From Synechococcales cyanobacterium CRU_2_2 (GTDB taxonomy: Bacteria > Cyanobacteriota > Cyanobacteriia > PCC-9006 > JAAUQQ01), in contig JAAUOP010000003.1 of NCBI GenBank assembly GCA_012034805.1, positions 6,455 through 70,454 of the forward strand: DNA of 64,000 nt, given 5' to 3'. Of the stretch, positions 49,746 through 58,777 are shown in pieces. Position numbers and translations under genes: made by a program. Under the pieces are notes generated by a model. It made no database searches. It saw nothing but the letters and a program-made list of their open reading frames with translations, and was not told the origin of the DNA. How positions within the stretch are numbered: the stretch's first letter is position 1; every line of letters begins with the position of its first letter.

Positions 49746-51596
49746 ATGGTGTCAAAAATCCGCTTGCTCGCCTTGAGCATGTTGGGCGTCTTAGTGTTTT
49801 CCCTGCCTGCAGAGGCAGCGCGTTTGCTGCGTTGGCGGTTTAATCCGGCTCAAAACCGGTTGGAATTTACCACGGATGGACAAATCCAACCTCGGGCACA
49901 ACTCATTTTTGACCCCACGCGCATCATCGTAGACTTGCCCGGAACGCGGTTGGGGCGTGCAATGGTGAAGGAGGCGGTGGGAAACGGCATCAGTTCCTAT
50001 CGCATTGGTCAATTCGATGCCCAGACCACGCGTATTGTGGTTGAGCTAGAGCCGGGCTACACCCTTGACCCCCGTCAGGTTTCGGTTCGGGGCCTCAGCC
50101 GGACTGACTGGATTTTGGAATTGCCGAGGCCGCAGCTGAATACTGCCGGTTCTGCAGGAGATGCAGTATCTATTACAACAGCCCCGGCCCAACCGACCCC
50201 TGTGATCCAGAAACCTCCAGTCGTGGCAGCAACGCCGATGGTTTCTGCGCCGACCCAGGTGACCGAAGTGCGCAAAACGCCTGACGGTCTGTTTGTGCGA
50301 ACCCAAGGCAAGGTGCCCAAGGTGAAGCTACGCCGGAGTCGTGACCTGAAAACGATTGAGGTTGAGATCTCTGAAGCAGCCCTGGGCGGTGGCGCAATTC
50401 CAGTCCCCCCGGCGGTGCCAGAGCTGGGCATTCAGCAGGTGATTTTGGCGCAAAAAAGCGAAAAACCGCCGGTTGTCCGCTTGAGCTTGAAGGTGCCGGA
50501 GAAGGCCCCGGACTGGCGCGCGGCGGCGAGCAATGCCGGAGGTATTGTCCTGTTGCCTAAGTCACGACCGGAGCCCACCCAGGCCAATGCAGCGAGTCAA
50601 TCGCAAGCGGTATCTGCGGCAGGTTCGGCGACGGTTCCCACGCTGGAGGGGGTGGTGATAGACCGGGGCCGCAATCAGCTGTTGATGCAGGTGGATCAGC
50701 CGGTGCGCTATTCTGCGCGGGCCGATGGCGGTGAGTATGTGTTGACGCTCTCCCCAGCGAAGCTTGCGGTTGGTGCGCGCGAGCCGCAGATTTATGTGGG
50801 CGATCGCGTCCGCCGGGTCAAGCTGACTCAACAAGGCCCCCAAAGCGTTGAAGTGCGGATTACGCCCAGCACCGGGGTCAGTATTGATTCTGTACAGATA
50901 TTGAATCTTAAGCTGCTGGCGTTGCCTTTGCAGCGGCAGGGGGCGATCGCGGTGACACCTCCCCTGGGCACGCAGCCGCCGACGAATTTTCCGGTTTTTG
51001 GCTCGACGCCCGCGATCCAAGCGCTACCGGGGGCCACGGACATTGATTTGCCGTCGCTGAACCGACGGGCGGTGATTGTGATTGACCCAGGTCACGGTGG
51101 CCCAGACCCAGGGGCCGTGGGCAATGGTCTGCGGGAAACGGATATTGTCTTGGATGTCAGTCGGCAGGTGACGGCCTTTTTGCAGCAGCAGGGCGTCGAG
51201 GTGGTGATGACTCGTAATGGGGAGTATGATCTGGATTTACAGCCTCGGGTGGATATTGCGGAGCGGGCTAATGCAACGGCGTTTGTCAGTATCCATGCCA
51301 ATGCGATTAGTCTGGCTCGGCCTGAGGTGAATGGCGCGGAGAGCTATTACTATGGCGGCGGTGGGCAGGAGCTGGCCCGCCAGATTCACCAGAGTATTTT
51401 GCAGAGTGTGGATATTCGCGATCGCGGCTTGCGTCAGGCACGGTTTTATGTGATCAAGCGCACGTCAATGCCTGCGGCGTTAATCGAAACGGGGTTTATT
51501 ACGGGGGCGGAGGATCATCGCAAGCTGGCAGATCCGGTGTTTCGTACCCGGATGGCGCGGGCGATCGCCCGAGGGATTCTTCGCTATTTACAATAG
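49746..51596 (+). CDS. amiC: N-acetylmuramoyl-L-alanine amidase (AmiC-like) with N-terminal AMIN domain(s)
   Basis: Signal peptide, then an AMIN-type repeat (LLRWRFNPAQNRLEFTTDGQIQPRAQLIFDPTRIIVDLPG...RIGQFDAQTTRIVVEL). C-terminal Amidase_3 domain: VIVIDPGHGGPDPGAVG...FVSIHANA...ETGFITG. Confidence 0.85.
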   Translation: MVSKIRLLALSMLGVLVFSLPAEAARLLRWRFNPAQNRLEFTTDGQIQPRAQLIFDPTRIIVDLPGTRLGRAMVKEAVGNGISSYRIGQFDAQTTRIVVELEPGYTLDPRQVSVRGLSRTDWILELPRPQLNTAGSAGDAVSITTAPAQPTPVIQKPPVVAATPMVSAPTQVTEVRKTPDGLFVRTQGKVPKVKLRRSRDLKTIEVEISEAALGGGAIPVPPAVPELGIQQVILAQKSEKPPVVRLSLKVPEKAPDWRAAASNAGGIVLLPKSRPEPTQANAASQSQAVSAAGSATVPTLEGVVIDRGRNQLLMQVDQPVRYSARADGGEYVLTLSPAKLAVGAREPQIYVGDRVRRVKLTQQGPQSVEVRITPSTGVSIDSVQILNLKLLALPLQRQGAIAVTPPLGTQPPTNFPVFGSTPAIQALPGATDIDLPSLNRRAVIVIDPGHGGPDPGAVGNGLRETDIVLDVSRQVTAFLQQQGVEVVMTRNGEYDLDLQPRVDIAERANATAFVSIHANAISLARPEVNGAESYYYGGGGQELARQIHQSILQSVDIRDRGLRQARFYVIKRTSMPAALIETGFITGAEDHRKLADPVFRTRMARAIARGILRYLQ

Positions 51597-51700
51597 TTAG
51601 GTGTTCTGGAGTTTGGTGTTCTAAAGTTTGGTGTTCTGGCCACCGATTTTGTTAGCATTGAACGCCCCAGCCTAGCCCGAAGGGTCTCTCGGAGAATTGA

Positions 51701-52573
51701 ATGAAACGACGCAATTTATTGATCAGTACAGGTCTTTTGACCGGGGCTGCGATCGCCCAAACCAGCCGTTCTGCCCTCGCCGAGCAACGCCTCATGAAGG
51801 AGGTTCCTGCAACACTGCCGAAGCCATTGAAGCCAAATTCCAAGCGACTGCGGGGCAAAATGGTGGCGATCGCCCAGGGATTGAACGGTTATCAGGTCAT
51901 GCCGGAGCAAGGCAACGGCCCGTTTCCGACGGTGCTGGTGATCATGGAAGCATTTGGGCTGAATGATCAGATTAAGTCGGTTTGCGATTTGTATGCCAGC
52001 TATGGCTATGGGGCGATCGCACCCGACATCTATGGCGGCACTGTCTTTGCCTACGACCAATTGGGCGGTGCTGTGGCTAAGCTCAAAACGCTGAATGACG
52101 AGGTGGTGGTGAAACAGGTTGGGCAGACCTTGGATTTCATCGGGACGCAACCGAAGCTGCGATCGGATGCCGTCGGAACCGTGGGTTTTTGTATGGGTGG
52201 ACGCTATGCATTTTTGCTCAGCGCGACGTTTGCAGATCGGATCCACAGTGCGGTGTGCTTCTATGGGGGTGGCATTGCCTCGGAGCCAGATCCCTTGGGT
52301 CGTGTTTCGTTGTTGCCGCTGGTGCCTCAGATTCAATCGCCCGTGATGTTGATTTATAGTGCAGAAGACGAGTACATCAACGGCGCAGAACACGCCCGCA
52401 TTACCCAGGCGATGTCGGACAACCGCAAACGCTATGTGCTCTCGGTTGTTCCAAATACCCAGCATGGGTTTATGAATGATGCGCGATCGACCTACAACGA
52501 ATCGGCGGCGATGGAATCTTGGGATATGGCGTTTGGCTTTTTCAAGCGCCACTTGAAAAATCGACCCAGCTAG
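51701..52573 (+). CDS. dienelactone hydrolase family protein (Tat-type signal)
   Basis: MKRRNLLISTGLLTGAAIAQ (twin-Arg). FPTVLVIMEAFGLNDQIKSVCDLYASYGYGAIAPDIY. Nucleophile elbow GFCMGGRYAF. Confidence 0.8.
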   Translation: MKRRNLLISTGLLTGAAIAQTSRSALAEQRLMKEVPATLPKPLKPNSKRLRGKMVAIAQGLNGYQVMPEQGNGPFPTVLVIMEAFGLNDQIKSVCDLYASYGYGAIAPDIYGGTVFAYDQLGGAVAKLKTLNDEVVVKQVGQTLDFIGTQPKLRSDAVGTVGFCMGGRYAFLLSATFADRIHSAVCFYGGGIASEPDPLGRVSLLPLVPQIQSPVMLIYSAEDEYINGAEHARITQAMSDNRKRYVLSVVPNTQHGFMNDARSTYNESAAMESWDMAFGFFKRHLKNRPS

Positions 52574-53052
52574 ATGGCTCTTTCTGCAAAATGGCTGGGT
52601 TCTTTCGTTTGAGCAGTTAATAAACGCCAAGCCTCGCGATAGGAAGCAGAGCGAGGCTTTCGCTGCCGTTTCTCTGTCTCCACAAGATGGATTTCACTCC
52701 CATACCCGATGAAAACTTCGACTGGAAAGATATAAAACACATCCGACTGCTCTATATACGCTAGAGCAAAATCAAAATCAGACGTGCAGTAAGTCTCCCG
52801 AATCATGGTGCGCCGATTCGTTTTAGTGTGGCGATTGTCTGCGACGTAATTTTTAGAAGCCTCGTGAAACCAAGCTGACTTGACCTGAAATTTGATCAAC
52901 TGATGGTGAATATCGAAAACCAGGTCGTAGGCAAGGCGATCGCCCACAGGCCTTAACACGCCCCAGCCTTGCTTGAGCGCATACAAGACAGCTGCTTGTT
53001 CAGCGATATCCCCTTTTAGCTTCGTATCCAACGGCCTTTCCTCGCAGTTCAT
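52570..53052 (-). CDS. PD-(D/E)XK endonuclease of the group-I-intron-associated family (I-Ssp6803I-like), free-standing
   Basis: The 160-aa ORF from ATG 53052 reads MNCEERPLDTKLKGDIAEQAAVLYALKQGWGVLRPVGDRLAYDLVFDIHHQLIKFQVKSAW...FDFALAYIEQSDVFYIFPVEVF. The KGD..E helix, the YDL Asp and the QVK (E/Q-x-K) match this family. The track extension to 53220 reads through a terminator hairpin and tRNA exon 2 and is rejected. Confidence 0.65.
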   Translation of the reverse strand: MNCEERPLDTKLKGDIAEQAAVLYALKQGWGVLRPVGDRLAYDLVFDIHHQLIKFQVKSAWFHEASKNYVADNRHTKTNRRTMIRETYCTSDFDFALAYIEQSDVFYIFPVEVFIGYGSEIHLVETEKRQRKPRSASYREAWRLLTAQTKEPSHFAERAI

Positions 53053-53089
53053 TTTCTTGAGCAGGCTGTTGGAGAAAATATCAAAAAAA

Positions 53090-53130
53090 TCCCAAAAAAT
53101 TAGCGCCAAGGCAATTTGCCTTGGCGCTAA
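53090..53130 (-). terminator. rho-independent terminator of the tRNA-fMet gene
   Basis: A perfect 13-bp inverted repeat TAGCGCCAAGGCA-aat-TGCCTTGGCGCTA (53101-53129) is followed on the minus strand by ATTTTTTGGGATTTTTTTG. It starts 9 nt after the tRNA 3' end. Confidence 0.65.
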
Positions 53131-53138
53131 CCATAAAG

Positions 53139-53494
<356 letters not shown>

Positions 53495-53505
53495 ACGTCT
53501 TCGCC

Positions 53506-53535
53506 ATCATAGCGCAGCTTGGGCATCTTAGGCAA
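53506..53535 (-). promoter_or_regulatory. possible sigma70-type promoter of tRNA-fMet
   Basis: The minus strand reads TTGCCT (53535-53530), then 18 nt, then TATGAT (53511-53506), with 11 nt to the mature 5' end. Motif match only. Confidence 0.3.
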
Positions 53536-53603
53536 ACTATTTTTTAAGTGCGCACTCACAACTGCTCCAACCCAGATCTTGAGGCCTTGAGGCTGGGCAA
53601 ACG

Positions 53604-54557
53604 TTACAAAATTTTTAGCTCACCGCTTACTTCTAGGCGTTTGGTGTCGCTCAGTGCCGAAAATTGTTCGGATAAGTCTTCGGCGATCGCCGGACTAATC
53701 CACCCGACCTGTCGCAGCAAATGGATCGCCACGGCATACTTGGCGCGTTGGGCTCCATCTTGCACCTTAATAGCCAGCCCTTGGGCCTCGCCCATGCGGC
53801 CCACACACTGAATGCCCTCCGCACCCGACTTACTCACCAGTTCGCCCTGGGTCAGCCGCATCAGTTCGGTATCAAACCGTCCTTCCCCCGCCACCAGATC
53901 GGGGTGGTGAACCATGGCTCGCACCACCCGCTCGATTTCGATGAAATCGCTCGAAGCAAGACGGGCATAGAGGAGGGCCATTTGCCGCAGGGGTAAATAG
54001 CAGGTGGGAACCCCGCAGTCATCCTGAGCGGTCATCAATTCCGCCGCAGGCATACCCAGGCATTCTCCAACCTTGCTGAGAACCAGCTGCTGTACTGGGT
54101 GTCTAATATCCATGTAATTGTGGATAGTCCAATGACAATGTTGACAGACGGCCAGCATGCCGGCATGTTTGCCAGAGCAGTTATGTTCTAGAGTGCTGTG
54201 CCGTCCGTCAGGCATCGGGCACTTTAAGACAGAAGCCTCTAGGTCACACTGCCACAAAATATTGAACGCCTGACGGGCATGGGCTACGCTGCCGATGTGG
54301 GAGGCGCACATGATCGCAAGGTCGCGATCGCTCAACCCGTAGCGCTCCAGCGTCCCAGTGCCCACCGCTGCCAGGGCCTGGAAGGGCTTTAGCGCCGAGC
54401 GAATGAAAAAACTAGATTCGGGATCTCCAGCGGACATCAGCACTCGTCCGCGTGCATCGCACATGGCCGCCTGGGCTCGATGGGTCGATTCGACAAACCC
54501 CCCGCGCAATAGCTGAACCGTCAGGGCTTCGGTTTTTGGTAAGAGTCTACGAGCCAT
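53604..54557 (-). CDS. asparaginase (Asparaginase_II / Rhizobium-type family)
   Basis: RGGFVESTHR, IRSALKPFQALA and NCSGKHAGMLAVC motifs are present in a 317-aa ORF. Confidence 0.8.
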   Translation of the reverse strand: MARRLLPKTEALTVQLLRGGFVESTHRAQAAMCDARGRVLMSAGDPESSFFIRSALKPFQALAAVGTGTLERYGLSDRDLAIMCASHIGSVAHARQAFNILWQCDLEASVLKCPMPDGRHSTLEHNCSGKHAGMLAVCQHCHWTIHNYMDIRHPVQQLVLSKVGECLGMPAAELMTAQDDCGVPTCYLPLRQMALLYARLASSDFIEIERVVRAMVHHPDLVAGEGRFDTELMRLTQGELVSKSGAEGIQCVGRMGEAQGLAIKVQDGAQRAKYAVAIHLLRQVGWISPAIAEDLSEQFSALSDTKRLEVSGELKIL

Positions 54558-54638
54558 AGATACCCGTCGAAAAATCAGTTACAAGGTCACTTACTCAGGT
54601 CACTCACTTCGGAACAAGGATTAAACAACATGCAATTG

Positions 54639-54709
54639 GTAGGTTGGGTTGAGCCTTATGAAACCCAACCAATCCAAGGCGTTAGGCTTCATGCCTTAAC
54701 CCAACCTAC
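54639..54709. repeat. imperfect palindromic (MITE-like) element with GTAGGTTGGGTT...AACCCAACCTAC ends
   Basis: The arms GTAGGTTGGGTTGAGCCTTATGAA and TTCATGCCTTAACCCAACCTAC are near-perfect reverse complements. The element lies between two co-oriented minus-strand genes and could act as a terminator. A solitary half-copy (TCAACCCAACCTAC) is at 24583-24596. Confidence 0.5.
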
Positions 54710-54768
54710 GCAGGTTATTAAATTCACGATCCTGGGGTCAGTCACGAGCTTCAGTCGTCAAACACCGA

Positions 54769-55347
54769 CTAAAAAATTGACCACAGTATGGTTTGTCCCA
54801 GTAGCACCAGCGCGATGCCACCGAACAGCCGCTCAATGCGCCGCATGAGTGGCTGCACCTGGTAGGTTACTACCAGCTGATCCTGGGTCAAAATCTCCTC
54901 GGGCTTCGTCCAATATTGACCATCATACCAACCGGACTCCTCGTAAAACACCCGAGGGGCATTGAGGCGATCGCGCACATGTCGCCAGCCCACATACAGC
55001 TGAATCAGGGTCAGAAACGGCAGCACCAACGCCGCAATCACACTCACCAAAACAAACTGAACCGGCCATTTCTCAGGCGAGAAGGCCGAAACGCAAACTG
55101 GAGAAATCAACAAAAAACTGAATCCGGCCACCAGAGACAAACGCTTCAACAGCCCTGGCCAAGGCAACATTGCCCAACTAAATAGCCAAGATGCTTGCAG
55201 CGCTTTGTACTCATTCAGCGGCTGTTGCTCCTCCGGGACGGGGCAAGGCGCAGTCGTGGCATCCATAAAAATCTGAAGCAGACGCTGGCGATAATCTCCC
55301 TCCACTGTAGCGGAATTCACTGGAGTGGAACGCACTCTGACAGACAT
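54769..55347 (-). CDS. ycf36: Ycf36 / CGLD27 (DUF1230) family protein
   Basis: CPVPEEQQPLNEYKALQASWLFSWA followed by two TM helices and YEESGWYDGQYWTKP. The start is uncertain (ATG 55347 or 55266); the track start at 55392 overlaps rsfS. Confidence 0.55.
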   Translation of the reverse strand: MSVRVRSTPVNSATVEGDYRQRLLQIFMDATTAPCPVPEEQQPLNEYKALQASWLFSWAMLPWPGLLKRLSLVAGFSFLLISPVCVSAFSPEKWPVQFVLVSVIAALVLPFLTLIQLYVGWRHVRDRLNAPRVFYEESGWYDGQYWTKPEEILTQDQLVVTYQVQPLMRRIERLFGGIALVLLGQTILWSIF

Positions 55348-55375
55348 TAACGTTTGGCGGATATTGACGGACTTC

Positions 55376-55831
55376 CTAGGATGCCTGCCCATGGGCTTGA
55401 GCCGCCAGCAGGGCTTCCCAATCTAGGGTTTCACCGTGGCCCCAGAAGGCCTCTAAATCGTAGAGCTCGCGCTCTTCGGGCAGGAAGACATGGGTGACAA
55501 TATCACCGTAATCTTGCAAAATCCAGCGTGAGTCAGCGGTGCCCTCTTTTCCCATGGGTTCGCGGCCAAACTGCTCAAAGATGCGAGTTTCGATGGAGCG
55601 GGCGATCGCCTTTACCTGCACCGGAGAATACCCCGAGACAATCAAGAAGTAGTCCGCCAGATAGGCCACCTCACCCACCTTGAGAACGACCACATCGACC
55701 CCCTTGCGATCGTCAGCGGCCTCTGCTGCGGCCAGGACCAGAGCCAAGCTCCGATCTGTCTTCGGATCTGGGGCAGAGGCAACCGTTCGGACCGACGCAA
55801 CCGAGATCGAGGTAGGTTCAATCATTCGCAA
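55376..55831 (-). CDS. rsfS: ribosome silencing factor RsfS (iojap)
   Basis: AADDRKGVDVVVLKVGEVAYLADYFLIVSGYSPVQVKAIARSIE...WILQDYGDIVTHVFLPEERELYDLEAFWG. Confidence 0.9.
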   Translation of the reverse strand: MRMIEPTSISVASVRTVASAPDPKTDRSLALVLAAAEAADDRKGVDVVVLKVGEVAYLADYFLIVSGYSPVQVKAIARSIETRIFEQFGREPMGKEGTADSRWILQDYGDIVTHVFLPEERELYDLEAFWGHGETLDWEALLAAQAHGQAS

Positions 55832-55975
55832 GTGGACTCCATGGATAAAATACGATCGCCGCAGTAGGGCCAGGGCGGATGGCCCCCATTTTATCCCAAC
55901 CCCCTCAACTCCTGGGGATCTCGCCCCCGCTCTCGTTACAGAACGATACCTGCGACACGCTGAACAGCCTCAGGC

Positions 55976-57268
55976 CTAGCGGCTACCCGACAGGTCCGGT
56001 ACCGCGCTCGCCGTGGGCACAGTCTCGGAACTCGCTTCCGCAATGACGCTGGCAAACAGCTCCTCATAGCGTTTGAGTGACGCCTCGAAGCTGTAGTGCT
56101 CCAGGGCAAACTGCCGACCCTTCCGGCCCATCTGGACAGCACGCTCCGGATCGTGGTAGAGCTCCAGAACAGCCTGAACCAGGCTGTCGGGGCTCTCCGG
56201 CTCCGCCAGCAACCCGGCTCCGCTGCGATGAATCGCTTCGGCGGCTGGGCCATCCCCTGGCACGGAAGCAATGATCGGACGACCACTGGCCATGAGCACC
56301 TGGGTTTTAGAGGGCATGTTAAACGCGACGACATTGCGCTTTTGGACAATTAAGCCCACATCTGCCGCCGCCAACATTGTCGGTAGTTCTGGACGGGGTT
56401 GAAGCTCCAGGAGGCGAATATTTTCAAGGGAAATGCCTTCTGTTCTACACCAAGACTCAAGCCGCTGAACGGCTTGGGCTTCGCCCGCGATCGCGAAAAC
56501 AATTTCAGGGATATGGATCAGTTGAGCTGCTGCCCGAATCACGGTCTCAATGCCCTGACTGTGGGCAATATTGCCGGAATACTGCACCACAAACTTGCCT
56601 TCTAAGCCCTGGGCGGCCCGAAAGGTATTGGGCTGCTTGTCCAGCGGTCGGATGAAGCTGGTATCTACCCAGTTGGGAATGCAGGTGATTTTCTTCGGAT
56701 CGACGCCTTTGCTGTGCAGATTTTCGGTGAACTTGTCGGTGATGACGCTGATAGCAGTGGCGCTGCGATAGGCAAAGTGCTCTAGGGCTTCAAAGACCCG
56801 AATCATGGCCGGGTTTTTGAGAATACCTAGGTGAATAGCCGCGTCGGGAAGAATGTCTTGGAGATTGAGCACGACGGGACAGGAATAGATCGCGCCGAGG
56901 AGGGATGCAGGCACCGATACCGGTAGGGGCGGTGCGGTTAGCATGACCAAATCAGGTCGCCATCCCCGGAGAGCCTGTACTAAACTGGTCGCCACAAAGC
57001 TGCCGTCCAGTAAAATACGATCGATCAAATTTGGATTGGGGCGCACCCACATGTAGCTCCGCTGGACGGTTACGCCCTTGATCTGTTCGGTGACGTAGAA
57101 CTTCTTGCGATAGTCGGGGTGAACTTGTCGTTCCGGGTAGTTGGGCATGCCCGTGACGACCCGAACATCATGCCCGCGTTTGACCAAGCCTTCGGCCAGC
57201 TCGGTCATCAGCGGTGCGATGCCAATGGGTTCTGGATAGTAGTTGTAGGAATAGATAAGGATTTGCAT
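55976..57268 (-). CDS. family-4 glycosyltransferase (WcaI/WbuB-like)
   Basis: MQILIYSYNYYPEPIGIAPLMTELAEGLVKRGHDVRVVTGMPNYP is followed by a C-terminal GT-B domain (FVVQYSGNIAHSQGIE...AADVGLIVQK...PSKTQVLMASGRPIIAS). The start is ATG 57268. Confidence 0.85.
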   Translation of the reverse strand: MQILIYSYNYYPEPIGIAPLMTELAEGLVKRGHDVRVVTGMPNYPERQVHPDYRKKFYVTEQIKGVTVQRSYMWVRPNPNLIDRILLDGSFVATSLVQALRGWRPDLVMLTAPPLPVSVPASLLGAIYSCPVVLNLQDILPDAAIHLGILKNPAMIRVFEALEHFAYRSATAISVITDKFTENLHSKGVDPKKITCIPNWVDTSFIRPLDKQPNTFRAAQGLEGKFVVQYSGNIAHSQGIETVIRAAAQLIHIPEIVFAIAGEAQAVQRLESWCRTEGISLENIRLLELQPRPELPTMLAAADVGLIVQKRNVVAFNMPSKTQVLMASGRPIIASVPGDGPAAEAIHRSGAGLLAEPESPDSLVQAVLELYHDPERAVQMGRKGRQFALEHYSFEASLKRYEELFASVIAEASSETVPTASAVPDLSGSR

Positions 57269-57693
57269 GCTGAAGCGCTGAGTCGTCTGTACCGCCAACG
57301 GCATTGGCCGTTTGTTAGAGGAACTGTCCGATCGCTGGCTCCTGAAACAATTCACCCTGTCTCGGAAATGGGACCAGTTATTTATTACACAGCAGGAAGC
57401 GGGGAAAGATTTCGTTGCTCTGGTTTAAATTCATCCGTCAAAAGTAGAAACGGAGGTTCAAAAACAGCGCAGAAATGGGGCACTAGGTTTAGCTTTCCCG
57501 GATTTACTGGTCGTCCAACAGGTTAGAAATGTTCCACATTCAGTCTTGTTTGGACGTATTTATACGAGTTAATTACGGCTTCTGAATGGAAGTTAACCGT
57601 TTAATATGGCTTGGGAAAACGAAAGGACAAACGCGTTTTTTCTGCTAGAACGCTCAACTCAGTTGATCCAAATCCGTAAATCTTAATAAAGAA

Positions 57694-57736
57694 CCCCAAG
57701 CTATCCCGGCAACGATGCTTCCGGGGTGGCTTGGGG
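57694..57736 (-). terminator. probable rho-independent terminator
   Basis: CCCCAAGC/GCTTGGGG plus an inner CCCGG/CCGGG stem, followed on the minus strand by TTCTTTATTAAG. It lies ~85 nt after the stop of 57820..58497. Confidence 0.45.
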
Positions 57737-57819
57737 CAGGTTGAGTGATAAACAGAAACCGCTGCAAACTGCTGAAAATTGCTGCAAACGGGTGGCGCGA
57801 AGAAAGGCTATGGGCAAAC

Positions 57820-58497
57820 CTATCCGTAAACGTTTTCGGAGCGAGAGACGCCACCGAGCTGTTGATCACCCTTGGAGGCTTTGGCCTGGGCCTTCGCTTT
57901 TGCGGCACTGCGCCGGAGTGACTGGAGGCGGGCTTCGTAGAAGCCACGTTTTTTCTTCTTGGGGGTTTGCTCGACCACAGCCTTCAGGGCGCTGCCCAGA
58001 CTGCGGTAAGCGTTGGGTAGCGAGTAGCCAAATCGCGTGGCGAGGGCGATCGCCCGTTCATCGGCCTCGATCGCCTCCTGTAGCCGCCGTTCGCCATTAT
58101 TGCGCGCATACAGCCGGTAGCCTGCAAACCCAGACAGCGCCATGGCCAAAATCAAGAGCAAGCCGTCTTGCACCCACAGCTCGCCCACTGCACCCCCGAG
58201 GCCGATCGCCAACGCGGCCATTTCCCAACCATCTCGGGGAATCGTTTCGTTTTGAACCCGACCCACCTCGTGCCAAAAAAGCAAATTGCGCTGATCCAGG
58301 GCAAATTGCTCCCAGCGAATCAAGTCCACCTGGATTTCGATTTCGTCCTTGCCAATTTCTTCGCAGGTAATCAGGGGCGGGTCCACCGCCGTGGCCGCTT
58401 CGACAAACACCCAGCTTTGGAGCTCTGGTGGCAGGAGGCTCTTGAGGCGTTGGAGCTCACTCATTTCCGATCTGGCGGTGCCTGCGAACGATGCCAT
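57820..58497 (-). CDS. conserved hypothetical membrane protein
   Basis: Two central TM helices (WEMAALAIGLGGAVGELWV, LLLILAMALSGFAGYRLY) and a basic C-terminal tail. Family not recognised with confidence. Confidence 0.35.
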   Translation of the reverse strand: MASFAGTARSEMSELQRLKSLLPPELQSWVFVEAATAVDPPLITCEEIGKDEIEIQVDLIRWEQFALDQRNLLFWHEVGRVQNETIPRDGWEMAALAIGLGGAVGELWVQDGLLLILAMALSGFAGYRLYARNNGERRLQEAIEADERAIALATRFGYSLPNAYRSLGSALKAVVEQTPKKKKRGFYEARLQSLRRSAAKAKAQAKASKGDQQLGGVSRSENVYG

Positions 58498-58777
58498 AGG
58501 GTGACGATATCCTTTCGATGATTCAGGTCTGAGGCAAGGTCGGCGCGAGGATCAAATTGGCTCCCAGGGGACTAGGCTCAATCCGGTTCTCTGCCCGTTG
58601 CCTGATTGTAGTGGTTTAACGGTCGTGCTCCGATTGTAACAGCCAAAATCTCAATAGCCTATTGCCAAACCTGGCGCTTCATGCGTCTGTGCTCGAACTG
58701 TCAGGGTTTGCGGACTGAACCGGTGAGATTGCCCGAAAACCGTAAAATGATCTGGATCTACTCACCGTGCCATTCCT

